Shown in pieces: positions 36,706-46,217 of a stretch of DNA of 64,000 bases. The number at the start of each line of letters is the position of its first letter. The stretch's first letter is position 1. The notes beneath the pieces were generated by a model. The model made no database searches and was not told the origin of the DNA. It worked only from the letters and a program-made list of their open reading frames with translations. This DNA is from Escherichia phage vB_EcoM_PTE-Eco09. Where the stretch lies: sequence record PQ306574.1, one strand, 5' to 3'. A program made the translations under genes and the position numbers.

Positions 36706-38196
36706 TTAGAAAGTACCAAAATCAATCACCGCATTAAGTGGAACCGCTCCAACATCAGCCGGAGTAGGTTTATTACCTTCATGATAAAGCTGATAGCGGT
36801 CCACGGTTTGAGTATTGTTTCGAGAACGGAAAAACACGACCTTTGAGTCGTGGGTGATCCCCAGCTTTTCGGTCCCTTTAATATCACTAATGCGGTGAAT
36901 CATAGCAGTACCATCAGCACCGCTTAACGCCGCATAACAGTTATCCCCGTTATAGTTAGTTTTAGCTGTTCTAACGCCATTTGCAGCCGGAACAGTTAAC
37001 GGTCCTGTCATGGTATCGCCAGTTACGTTAACATAGCGAATATCGGCTAATTTACGGTGATCTACATAGTTCCATGCAGTCCAGGATTCATTAGAACACG
37101 AACGCCAGCACATCGGATGGTCAATAGATTCAGGATAATACACCTGAACAATTCGACGAGTACCGACCGCATCTTCTGGTCGATATACCATCAAAACGCC
37201 GTTATAATAGCTATCAGACGGTTTATTAGTACCTGACCCAGCATTTTCCACACGATAGATACCGCGATTAATAAGAGTGTTCCAATCAACGTTTCCAATG
37301 ATGGTTGGATTTGCTACCATTGATTTTCGCTCAAAGTAGCTCAAACGAACCAATTCATTAGGACCAGCGGGATCGTTTGTCGCCAACATTCTAGGCGCTT
37401 GCAAGTTACCTTCCATAATATCACCAGCACGTTTAACCTGTGCATCATTGGTGACATTGCCTAGCCCAACATCGGCTTTAGTTGGTTTATTGTTGGTGTG
37501 ATAAAAACGACCTTCTCTGCCATTAACAAAAATGGTAGGCTCATCTTTACTTCGGAAGACCAACGTATCAAGAACGTTACCATAATAGATCTTAGTCGCA
37601 TCAAAATTAATTAAATCACGTTCCCTTGCAATTAATTTCGAATCAACCGATAGTTTAACAGTGACAGTGTTTAAATTATACGTTCCTGAGAGAGTATCAC
37701 CGCGACGGGAAACTAAATCCAAATCATTATTCGTTGGTTTATTAACAGGGCTATAGACACGTTGACCTGTGTCTTTAATGGTTGTCCCTTCGATAGTCCC
37801 TTTAGACTTAAATTCGCCCGTTGTGGTGTCAATATACGCCATAATAACGCCATCACGGGCATTAACAAAGCCGATTGACTTCCATGAATGCAAACCCCAG
37901 CTTACGCCGTCAAAATTAGCAGCGTCGCTCTGACCTTTAAAGATACCATTCTTTTTGGTTTCTCCAGCCGATGCGCTACCTACGCTTAAACCTTCCTCGA
38001 AATGAACTTGCTTTTGAAATGTGCCACCTTCGGATGCACTAACAGCATCAAAATCGGTAGCCGAAGGTCTATCAAAAGCGGTATAGATTTTATGACCTTT
38101 GTAGAAAAGCTGATCCCCCGCTGGCTGGATCGTCAAGTTTCCTTGCGTCCAAATGGGAGATCCACCTACAGTAGATCCATATTTCAAATCTGCCAT
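36706..38196 (-). CDS. 36: long tail fibre hinge/distal connector gp36 (enlarged)
   Basis: N-terminus MADLKYGSTVGGSPIWTQGNL matches T4 gp36 (MADLKVGSTTGGSVIWHQGNF), but 496 aa versus about 221 aa in T4. Confidence 0.75.
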   Translation of the reverse strand: MADLKYGSTVGGSPIWTQGNLTIQPAGDQLFYKGHKIYTAFDRPSATDFDAVSASEGGTFQKQVHFEEGLSVGSASAGETKKNGIFKGQSDAANFDGVSWGLHSWKSIGFVNARDGVIMAYIDTTTGEFKSKGTIEGTTIKDTGQRVYSPVNKPTNNDLDLVSRRGDTLSGTYNLNTVTVKLSVDSKLIARERDLINFDATKIYYGNVLDTLVFRSKDEPTIFVNGREGRFYHTNNKPTKADVGLGNVTNDAQVKRAGDIMEGNLQAPRMLATNDPAGPNELVRLSYFERKSMVANPTIIGNVDWNTLINRGIYRVENAGSGTNKPSDSYYNGVLMVYRPEDAVGTRRIVQVYYPESIDHPMCWRSCSNESWTAWNYVDHRKLADIRYVNVTGDTMTGPLTVPAANGVRTAKTNYNGDNCYAALSGADGTAMIHRISDIKGTEKLGITHDSKVVFFRSRNNTQTVDRYQLYHEGNKPTPADVGAVPLNAVIDFGTF

Positions 38197-38227
38197 AAAG
38201 TAACCTCAAAAATTAGTTATAGTTCCG

Positions 38228-38250
38228 AGTATTTATAGAATGTTAACAAA
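38228..38250 (-). promoter_or_regulatory. T4-type late promoter (TATAAATA) upstream of gene 36
   Basis: Minus strand reads CTATAAATACTC about 40 nt upstream of ATG 38196. Confidence 0.5.
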
Positions 38251-38355
38251 ATATCGCTTCGCGACGTGCCGTAGGCACTGGCTATTTTTTAACCGAAACA
38301 AATTTTCTATTATTCTAAAGATCTTTCTTCGTTTTGGTTACAATTTAACCAACTG

Positions 38356-38386
38356 TATAAAAATAAAGCCGACCACATGGATCGGC
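38356..38386 (-). terminator. intrinsic terminator after gene 35
   Basis: Minus strand GCCGATCC-ATG-TGGTCGGC followed by TTTATTTTTATA; same hairpin as the + strand terminator at 28264. Confidence 0.65.
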
Positions 38387-38398
38387 TTGTTAAAAATG

Positions 38399-39538
38399 TT
38401 AATCAACATCGAACTCTTTAAAGTTGTTGGATGTGATGTGTTTATTATCTCTGGGTAGTTTAAGAAGACTCATTACAGGGTTAGTAAAATCACCGTTATC
38501 CTGAATATGAGTTGTTCTAACACCATTAACACCAAATGAAGTAGGACCAGTAGTTTTGACGACTCCACTGATCGGCGTTATTAGTATGTTTCTAATTTTA
38601 ACCATACCTTCATTGGAGTTGGTTGGATATCTGATACAACCAGTTACTACACTATCAACTCCTTCCGGTACGGTATAGACGGCTTCAAACTTTTCCCATT
38701 GGTCTTTTTTGCTGGCATTGTATCGAACACCAGTTTGATATTGTCCATCGGTGAAGTAGTTGTGATAGAAACGCGCTGTTACGTTGGCTGCGGCTGCGGC
38801 ACTATCACGGAACAATTCAAAGGATATTGATAGTTTGTCACCTGCCTTTATGTTAAAATCCTCAAGTGGGGCGCTGGTCTCATCATGAGGCCATTGTATT
38901 AGCTCGAAATGTTCGGCATCTTCGCTAACATACTCAACCGGATAATCTAAAAATCGTTGTGGTGTTCCTGTTATAGCAAGATCATCTATAGTATCATAGA
39001 CTTTCTCAATTTGTATAGATGAATCTTGTCCTTCCCCGTGAGTTGCTTGCATCCCTTCGCACACAATTTTACCCATTTTAGTAGAATAAATTGCTGCATA
39101 TGATACACGAGGCATTTGCTGTAGCAAAATGTGATTCGGGAATGATACAGATCCCAGCTTAGAGAATACACCATCACTGATCGGATCTGCAAACAATTCT
39201 CCATGCGTTGCCATCGCAATGATATAGTCACCTTTCAGCAAAGAAAGATAATCACGCATTGCCAAAACAGCACCGCGACCATAGAATACCTTTTCTTCGT
39301 GTAGTTGTCCAGTTGGAGTAAGAACTTTAAAATTTAGGCCATTTTCATAGCCAGTGCCAACGATCTCCACTCCATTAAATCTAATCCTTGCTGGTTTGGT
39401 AGAATCCGCATTAGATCCGCGCACTTCCAGCTTATACATCACAGAGTTATTTTCTGAAATGCTGGTAAATGTCGCAGAGTCTTCGTCGAAATGCGCAAAC
39501 CTAATTCCAGTATTGCGTAATTCTATATCTTGTGTCAT
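38399..39538 (-). CDS. 35: long tail fibre hinge protein gp35
   Basis: 379 aa (T4 gp35 is about 372 aa); position between 34 and 36. Confidence 0.6.
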   Translation of the reverse strand: MTQDIELRNTGIRFAHFDEDSATFTSISENNSVMYKLEVRGSNADSTKPARIRFNGVEIVGTGYENGLNFKVLTPTGQLHEEKVFYGRGAVLAMRDYLSLLKGDYIIAMATHGELFADPISDGVFSKLGSVSFPNHILLQQMPRVSYAAIYSTKMGKIVCEGMQATHGEGQDSSIQIEKVYDTIDDLAITGTPQRFLDYPVEYVSEDAEHFELIQWPHDETSAPLEDFNIKAGDKLSISFELFRDSAAAAANVTARFYHNYFTDGQYQTGVRYNASKKDQWEKFEAVYTVPEGVDSVVTGCIRYPTNSNEGMVKIRNILITPISGVVKTTGPTSFGVNGVRTTHIQDNGDFTNPVMSLLKLPRDNKHITSNNFKEFDVD

Positions 39539-39571
39539 AATAACCCCATAGGGGGCTTTCGCCCCCTTTAA

Positions 39572-42500
39572 TTAGTCTTCCCAGATAAAGTCTACGGTAC
39601 GAGTCAGATTATTGGCGATGATTTTAACATTACCAACCTTGATCCAGTCACGAACCGTCATAGAGTTCATTAAACCACCTTCTGCAACAACTGCCCCGAT
39701 TTCCTGAGCGGTAGGCTTATTCTGTTTGGTGTAAATTTCACCCCATGCGGTCCATTGACCACCAGTACCGGAACGGATATAATGTTTATGAGTACCATCA
39801 GGGGACCAAAGCTGGGTAAGCCCGTCCGCGTCAGTACCCCATTGCATCAGAGTACCGTTTTTCTTCTCTGGATAAGTTTCTTTGATGTTCTGGGTAGTAA
39901 CTCGCATATTCCAGAAACCGATGTTACCGATTGCCGGAGCGGTTGCCGCGCTAGCTTCATGCTTAACAGAAACAATAGGCGCATTATCCATAGTCAGCTT
40001 GCCGACCATTGTATCGCCAGCATTCTTAACAAACCGACGGTTAAGAACTTCGTCGGCGTTTCCTGCGTGTACGATCTGATATTTCTGTCCGGCGATCTCT
40101 GTAGTTAACGTTTGAGAACCTGCCTTGATGTTAACACTTCCACCGTGACCGATATTCAGCGTACCATCTGGGGAACGAGTCATTGCCGGATTAGACTGGT
40201 CAACAATGTATAAACCGCCTTGTTTCGCATACAGGTTACGACCTGCAATAAAGTCTCTATATGCTGTCGCGTCGCCATTGTGTTTCATAGCAAAGGCGTA
40301 ATGCTCAACGACTCCACCATCATTGATTTTACCGAAAGAGATAGCATCACTATCAACAACTTGCGCTGTTCCAGTACCACCAACGATAATAGACCAAGAG
40401 TTTTTCATTCCTTCCGATGCGGTTGTGCCATGCAGAGTAATTCCGGTGTGACCGTCAACTCCACGATCACCCAACACCAGATGACCATTACTCGGAACAT
40501 CGGTCGAGTTCTTAGTCACAGACAGAGTTTCAAAGGAACCTGATTTTAAGCACTCTAAATCGCCCTTCACGTTAACGTTTTTATTAAACGTGTAATTGCT
40601 CTCTATGGTCTGATCAATGTCTCTACGCGCCCATTTAGAGGCCTCTACGTTACCCAATTTCAAACTATTCTGAGCGGTTGCCATCTTAGGTAAGAAATTA
40701 GCAAGTGCGTAGTTTAATCCTTTAGGGGTAACAGCAATTCCGTCATGCTGGTAGTTTCCTAGTTCTTGAGTAGAACCTTGCAGATTATCACCAACAAAAC
40801 AGTTTTCCTGAGTAGCAACTTTCAAGAATCCACGACGCGCTTCGGTTGCTTTCCATGTATCCTCTGTCTGAACAACATATTTGAAGTTCTTCGGAGAAAT
40901 TGCTACATTGTCCATAATACCAGCCACGGTTTCGGCGTGAGTACCAACTCGGATAATACCTTCTTTACCTTCGGTGGCCTTTTTGCCTTGCAGCTTTTTA
41001 GGCGTGATGATTGTAGTATCATCTTGACCAGCGTCAGTAAGCTGAGTAGTCGCAACTTTAGCGACACCTTTTGTATCTTCGGTTGCATCCAGACCGCTGA
41101 TCATGATACCTTGCCACAAATCACCAGTAAGGTTAAGCCCCTGAGTCGGATCTACTTTCAAACGCTGTGCATTCTCAAAGAAGGTTTTAATCTTCAATGG
41201 GGTAGAAATGCGATCATCGTCACGACCTGCGTCAAATTCCGGCTGAGTTGCAATTTCTGCTAAACCGTGTAAAGTTTCCGTTGCGCGGCGAGTATGCAAC
41301 TTTTTAGGCGTGATGATATGGTTATCACTTTGACCTAAGTTTGTTTCTTCCTGAGTTGCAATTTCAGCGATACCAGTGCGCGATTCGGTAGCAGTACGTT
41401 TCGTTAGCGTGCGAGTCGTGATTAGTAAAGCATCTTGCGGGGTTGATTCTGTAGCCCCTTGCACTTCCGCGTCAGTTGCCAGATAGCCAACACCACGGGA
41501 AGTTTCGGTCGCCTTGACTTCGTTGATGTTTTGTGGCGTAACAATTTTAGCATGGTCGTTGATGTTATAGATCCCTGTACCAGCTTCGCCACGTCGAGCG
41601 GCAGCACTACCGCCAACCTGAACAATTTCAGCAATACCAGCGAGATCTTCGGAAGCGCGACGTTCTTCTAATTTCTTAGGAGTTATTGCGCGAGTATCGT
41701 CTAAACCTTCATTGGTTTCGTGCTGGGTTGCAATTTCCATCACACCACGACGGGCTTCGGTAGCAACACAGTCATTTAACTTTTTGGGTGTAACGATAAC
41801 ATCATCCAGGAAGTTGGAACCAGTATCTTGATGCGTTTCCGCTTGAGTCGCAATGCGAGCAATACCGCGTCGAGTTTCGTTGGCTGTTTTATTAGACAGC
41901 ATTTTTGGTGTTACAGCAACTTCGTCGCTAGGATTCTCTTCATGGTTTTTATTCGTTTCAGTCTGGGTAGCCAGTGCAATTACACCAACACGATCTTTAC
42001 GAGTCGGATCTACTCGTTCTACAATCGGGTGAGCATGTGCCACCAACCAGTATTTCTTACCATCATCACCTTCTGAATAAGAGAACTCCAGATAAGGTAC
42101 ATAATCATTTGCAGCGTTGAAAGACAATTCAGACACTCCAGTCCATGTATCGGTCCCATTGAATGGGTACTCGCTACGCTTAGGAAACTGAACCATGTTT
42201 TTCTGCATAAGGATTTTTGTATCCTCTTCTGAGGTAATGATTCGGCAAGTCTGGTTTCCGTGCATATACTGCATAGAAACTTGAATACGATCACCCGGCT
42301 CGACATTGGTCGGCAGCGTCAGAGTAACATCACGACCACCAAATACAGCAACATAGCTATTAGGTTGCAAGCGAGTGTCATTGATGATCGGTTTAAGACG
42401 AACAGACTGATCACCATCCCACAAACGCCATAAGTTTTCCGTCTTGTCAAAGATGAATACACCATGACCGCTACGCTTACCGATAATCTCTTTTAGACCG

Positions 42501-43312
42501 GACGTGCCAATTGATTGTTCTTCTGCGTGCTCATGAACTTTAACCGTAACGTGGTTGGTTGCGGTTAATCCGTCAAGGTCTGTAGTCTGGATCATGTCGC
42601 CATTGTTGGCAAACTTAGGAAGCACTAAGGTAATATTACCCAACGAACTACGACGAAATACCTGATCACCATTCTGCATTTGAATAGCATCAATCGCTGG
42701 CTGTGCGTACACACCGCGTGGCTCTGTTCCTGTCTGATAAACATGCCAACGATTACGAACAAAGATGAAATAGTTCATTGCATACGGGGTAGTGCAATAC
42801 CATTTTCGGTTGTACACATTACCGTTATGGTAAAACTCATGTCCTGTACTCAAAAACGATAATTCGTTAACACCACACTTGCCACCGATATCTTTTACTG
42901 TTATAGTGTCTCCCTCTGCTGGTTTAGTTGGCATAGAGAAAGTCAAGTTTGCAAATTGACCATCTGCTGCGATATAATCACCAGACTGTAAAGGAGTATC
43001 ACCGGAAGTTGCTGCAATATAATCCCAACGTGGGTCCGTGCGCAGTGCTTGCCATTTAGTCGGGTCAAAATCACCTGCTGGCTTTGTGATATCTTCTTTT
43101 GCATAATACGGACGGTTTTGATAGATTGTAGTTCCGTATTGATCATAACCGCGAGTTGTGTCATACTGAGTAATGCCATTATGGTAATTGAAAAATTCAA
43201 CGTTGACCGCATCCGTTGATGTGTTTTTATCTGCGTATGCTACATTGACGACCTTTTCATTACCAGCGTCAAAGCCAAATGTGGCCTTGAAATGTTGAGA
43301 AAAATCTGCCAT
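39572..43312 (-). CDS. 34: long tail fibre proximal subunit gp34
   Basis: 1246 aa; repeated ATE(T/A)RRG(V/I)AEIATQ units; C-terminus GNVKIIANNLTRTVDFIWED matches the T4 gp34 C-terminus. Confidence 0.9.
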   Translation of the reverse strand: MADFSQHFKATFGFDAGNEKVVNVAYADKNTSTDAVNVEFFNYHNGITQYDTTRGYDQYGTTIYQNRPYYAKEDITKPAGDFDPTKWQALRTDPRWDYIAATSGDTPLQSGDYIAADGQFANLTFSMPTKPAEGDTITVKDIGGKCGVNELSFLSTGHEFYHNGNVYNRKWYCTTPYAMNYFIFVRNRWHVYQTGTEPRGVYAQPAIDAIQMQNGDQVFRRSSLGNITLVLPKFANNGDMIQTTDLDGLTATNHVTVKVHEHAEEQSIGTSGLKEIIGKRSGHGVFIFDKTENLWRLWDGDQSVRLKPIINDTRLQPNSYVAVFGGRDVTLTLPTNVEPGDRIQVSMQYMHGNQTCRIITSEEDTKILMQKNMVQFPKRSEYPFNGTDTWTGVSELSFNAANDYVPYLEFSYSEGDDGKKYWLVAHAHPIVERVDPTRKDRVGVIALATQTETNKNHEENPSDEVAVTPKMLSNKTANETRRGIARIATQAETHQDTGSNFLDDVIVTPKKLNDCVATEARRGVMEIATQHETNEGLDDTRAITPKKLEERRASEDLAGIAEIVQVGGSAAARRGEAGTGIYNINDHAKIVTPQNINEVKATETSRGVGYLATDAEVQGATESTPQDALLITTRTLTKRTATESRTGIAEIATQEETNLGQSDNHIITPKKLHTRRATETLHGLAEIATQPEFDAGRDDDRISTPLKIKTFFENAQRLKVDPTQGLNLTGDLWQGIMISGLDATEDTKGVAKVATTQLTDAGQDDTTIITPKKLQGKKATEGKEGIIRVGTHAETVAGIMDNVAISPKNFKYVVQTEDTWKATEARRGFLKVATQENCFVGDNLQGSTQELGNYQHDGIAVTPKGLNYALANFLPKMATAQNSLKLGNVEASKWARRDIDQTIESNYTFNKNVNVKGDLECLKSGSFETLSVTKNSTDVPSNGHLVLGDRGVDGHTGITLHGTTASEGMKNSWSIIVGGTGTAQVVDSDAISFGKINDGGVVEHYAFAMKHNGDATAYRDFIAGRNLYAKQGGLYIVDQSNPAMTRSPDGTLNIGHGGSVNIKAGSQTLTTEIAGQKYQIVHAGNADEVLNRRFVKNAGDTMVGKLTMDNAPIVSVKHEASAATAPAIGNIGFWNMRVTTQNIKETYPEKKNGTLMQWGTDADGLTQLWSPDGTHKHYIRSGTGGQWTAWGEIYTKQNKPTAQEIGAVVAEGGLMNSMTVRDWIKVGNVKIIANNLTRTVDFIWED

Positions 43313-43346
43313 TATTGGGTCTCCTGTTATAATATGAAATTATTTA

Positions 43347-43928
43347 TTGTGTGAGGTGTTTGTTGTGGCAAAAACAAAATTTTGGGATATCGAGACACAG
43401 AAAGCGATAAAAGGTAGATTCTATCATGTCGATGGAATATTATACCATTTAAAGGATTCTGTAGCTGCTGGATTCCGAAAAGAAGGGTCCATATACAAAA
43501 AAGGTGATGTGGTAAGGGTATGTCTCCATAAAGAAGGATATTTATACTTTACATTTTACAACAATGGTCATAAACTTAATCTGTTTGTACATAGAGTTGT
43601 CTGGTTTTTAGAGTATGGTACTCAGGTTGAACGAATAGATCACATAGACCAAGACAAAACTAACAATAGACCGTCAAACATGAGAGAAGCAACCGAACAG
43701 CAAAATCAGTTTAACGTCTCAAAGAAAAAGGCTTGCCATAGCAAATATAAAGGTGTATCATTATCACCAAGCAAGAAAAAGCCGTGGAAGGCGTATATTG
43801 TTATCAATCGAAAGAATATACATCTAGGATACTTTGAGACAGAAGTTGAGGCGGCTAAGGCTTATGACCGTGCAGCACATGAAATAGTTGGCGAGTATGC
43901 TTATTTAAATTTTCCAAAAAGAGGATGA
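43347..43928 (+). CDS. free-standing HNH homing endonuclease with C-terminal AP2-type DNA-binding domain
   Basis: HNH_3-like HRVVWFLEYG...ERIDHIDQDKTNNRPSNM; AP2-like YKGVSLSPSKKKPWKAYIVINRKNIHLGYFETEVEAAKAYDRAA. No in-frame ATG; start is TTG 43347 or GTG 43356/43365. Confidence 0.7.
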   Translation: MCEVFVVAKTKFWDIETQKAIKGRFYHVDGILYHLKDSVAAGFRKEGSIYKKGDVVRVCLHKEGYLYFTFYNNGHKLNLFVHRVVWFLEYGTQVERIDHIDQDKTNNRPSNMREATEQQNQFNVSKKKACHSKYKGVSLSPSKKKPWKAYIVINRKNIHLGYFETEVEAAKAYDRAAHEIVGEYAYLNFPKRG

Positions 43929-43934
43929 TATATT

Positions 43935-44120
43935 ATGGTTAAAGTTGATTTGTCAGAAGGTGCAAAATGGGTAGTTGACAGAATCCCTGATAAGGATTAC
44001 AATTATTTCCGCGCCGAATTAAACAATGCAATTCTGCGAGTTATGGAGAAGTACGGGTATGACCGTGAAGTATCTAACTCGTTTGGCGAATATGTTGTTG
44101 TGAGAGTGGAGAGAACTTAA
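43935..44120 (+). CDS. hypothetical small protein
   Basis: 61-aa ORF. Confidence 0.4.
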   Translation: MVKVDLSEGAKWVVDRIPDKDYNYFRAELNNAILRVMEKYGYDREVSNSFGEYVVVRVERT

Positions 44121-44122
44121 TT

Positions 44123-45070
44123 ATGACGTATAACCCATTTACAAAAACGACCGCTACACTTAATGATTTCTTCGATGATCCAGAAGATAAACTGCCGGAA
44201 GGTGTGCATTTGATTGATATGTCGCAGCTTATGATTGCTACTATCTCACATACCTTTAAACCGGAAGATCCTATTAATGAAGGTATGATCCGTCATCTTA
44301 TCCTTGACACCATGCGTTATAATATGACAAAATTCAAAGAGCAATACCCAATTACGGTACTTGCCTTTGATTCAAGCAAAGGTTACTGGCGACGTGATAT
44401 CGCCCCTTACTATAAACGCAACCGTAAGGAAAAACGAGACGCAGATCCGCGTGATTGGGAGATGATCTTTGCTGCGATCAATAAGATCACCGAAGAGTTT
44501 AAAGAGAACATGCCTTATCACGTTATTAAGGTTGACAAAGTTGAAGCGGATGATATAATCGCTGTATTAACTAAAAAGTTTTCTGTAGAAGGTCGCCAGG
44601 TGCTAATCAACTCCGGCGATGGTGACTACACACAGTTGCACAAATACAAAAATGTGAAACAGTGGGCACCAGTACAGAAAGCGTGGAAGAAATGCAAATA
44701 TGGTAGCCCTTACAAAGACCTTATGGTAAAATGTGTTAAGGGTGACGCAAAAGACGGTGTAGCTTCTATCAAGTGCCGTAGTGATTTCATTATCTCACGA
44801 CTGGAAGGAGAACGAGCTAAACCAATTGCAACCAAATGGTTAGAGCAAATTTTCGATGCCGAAGATCCAAAGTCTTTGATGACAGAGGAAGAAGCACGAC
44901 GCTTTGACGAAAACCGCGAACTTATTGATTTTGAATTTATTCCTGATAACATCGAATATGAAATTTTGTTAGCATGGGAAAAATCTAAACCAGCACCACG
45001 CGGTAAAATTTATAACTATTTTGTAACAAATGCGTTAGTTAAAATGTTGCAGAAAATTGGTGAGTTCTAA
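44123..45070 (+). CDS. rnh: RNase H / 5'-3' exonuclease (FEN-1 family)
   Basis: 315 aa; GYWRRD, ADDIIAVL, SGDGDYTQLHKY, RGKIYNYF match remembered T4 RNase H. Confidence 0.9.
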   Translation: MTYNPFTKTTATLNDFFDDPEDKLPEGVHLIDMSQLMIATISHTFKPEDPINEGMIRHLILDTMRYNMTKFKEQYPITVLAFDSSKGYWRRDIAPYYKRNRKEKRDADPRDWEMIFAAINKITEEFKENMPYHVIKVDKVEADDIIAVLTKKFSVEGRQVLINSGDGDYTQLHKYKNVKQWAPVQKAWKKCKYGSPYKDLMVKCVKGDAKDGVASIKCRSDFIISRLEGERAKPIATKWLEQIFDAEDPKSLMTEEEARRFDENRELIDFEFIPDNIEYEILLAWEKSKPAPRGKIYNYFVTNALVKMLQKIGEF

Positions 45071-45080
45071 GGGTTGACAC

Positions 45081-45680
45081 ATGAAAGAACTTGAATTAAA
45101 ATACTATGCACACTCACAAATTGGCGTCGAAACCATCTGTGATTTGTGGGTGGCAATGTATGACGGGTACAATCTCTTAGACCGAGATAACATATTAAAA
45201 CACGAATTTTATTATGATACCGAAGATCATGCGCTACGTCAAAAAGGAATTTATGCACGACTTGACTGTAGAAAATCAGAGATCATGGTCAAAATGGGTG
45301 ATAATGAATCTGGACTATTCAACCGCGAGGAAATGACATTTTCAAATTGGGATGAGTTCGTCCATTTTATTGATAGTCTAGGGGTAAACTCCGACTATAT
45401 CACTGCAATAATGCAAGTAATGACATATCGCAAGTCATTGACTCTAGATATGGGTTGTGGTATAGTGGAAATGTGCAAAGACACTTTCTATTATGGCAAA
45501 GTAGGCGAAGGATTGGGAAACACTGCTCATTATGAACTTGAGTTCGAGTTAAAATCAGGTGATGAAAAAGCACTTGACATTATCCGAGAAATGATGCTAG
45601 AATATGTTGGTGACGATTTAAGTCCTAGCGAAATTTCAAAAGCTGAACGTGGTTTTCAATTAATGACGAAAGAGGGTTAA
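45081..45680 (+). CDS. CYTH-like (triphosphate tunnel metalloenzyme) domain protein
   Basis: N-terminal ExExK (MKELELKYY) and C-terminal ExExExK (HYELEFELK) signatures; 199 aa. Confidence 0.5.
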   Translation: MKELELKYYAHSQIGVETICDLWVAMYDGYNLLDRDNILKHEFYYDTEDHALRQKGIYARLDCRKSEIMVKMGDNESGLFNREEMTFSNWDEFVHFIDSLGVNSDYITAIMQVMTYRKSLTLDMGCGIVEMCKDTFYYGKVGEGLGNTAHYELEFELKSGDEKALDIIREMMLEYVGDDLSPSEISKAERGFQLMTKEG

Positions 45681-45685
45681 ATATT

Positions 45686-45961
45686 ATGACTGAACAGAAA
45701 AAAGAAAAAGTAGTATTCGATGAAAATGTACACGGAAATACCCTGGCACAACTGATTAAAGAAGCCAGCGATCAGAAAACCATTCAAGAAGCATATGGCG
45801 ATAAGATCAAAGAGATCAAACAGCGTGCTAAAGAAGAATTAGGCGTAGATGGTAAAATGTGGGGCATTCTGTTTAAACTGTATCACCAGCAACAGCGCGA
45901 AACCTTCGAAGCAGAACGCGACGAAGCGGTAGAACTCTATGATCGGGTGTTCAATGCTTAA
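45686..45961 (+). CDS. hypothetical protein (dsbA/33-region)
   Basis: 91-aa charged helical ORF. Confidence 0.4.
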   Translation: MTEQKKEKVVFDENVHGNTLAQLIKEASDQKTIQEAYGDKIKEIKQRAKEELGVDGKMWGILFKLYHQQQRETFEAERDEAVELYDRVFNA

Positions 45962-46208
45962 TGAACATGCGGTAAAAGCCGCGAATAAAACAGCAAACGG
46001 TCTTGCAATCGAAAAACTGGTTGTTGAAGAGGGATTGACTTATCTTGAAGCGACAACGCAGTTTGTAGAGGAAAACTCTATCGAATATGGTCACTATCAG
46101 AAGTATATTCCGGTGTCCATTATTGACAAGATCACACAAGAATGTATAGTAAATAGAACACTCAGGAAGGGAGTGATCGACGAACCAACCAACACTCTCG
46201 ATATTTAA
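45939..46208 (+). CDS. hypothetical protein (possible gp33-like late transcription co-activator)
   Basis: 89 aa; C-terminal ...EPTNTLDI resembles clamp-binding tails; position between rnh and 59. Tentative. Confidence 0.35.
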   Translation: MIGCSMLNEHAVKAANKTANGLAIEKLVVEEGLTYLEATTQFVEENSIEYGHYQKYIPVSIIDKITQECIVNRTLRKGVIDEPTNTLDI

Positions 46209-46217
46209 GGGGTATGT

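Noticed and set aside
39551-39566. GGGGGC-GAAA-GCCCCC hairpins (39551-39566, 52166-52181) as small RNA genes
   Set aside because: Short GNRA-loop hairpins at gene boundaries, without a flanking promoter or conserved structure beyond the stem; more likely RNA stability or processing elements or weak terminators.
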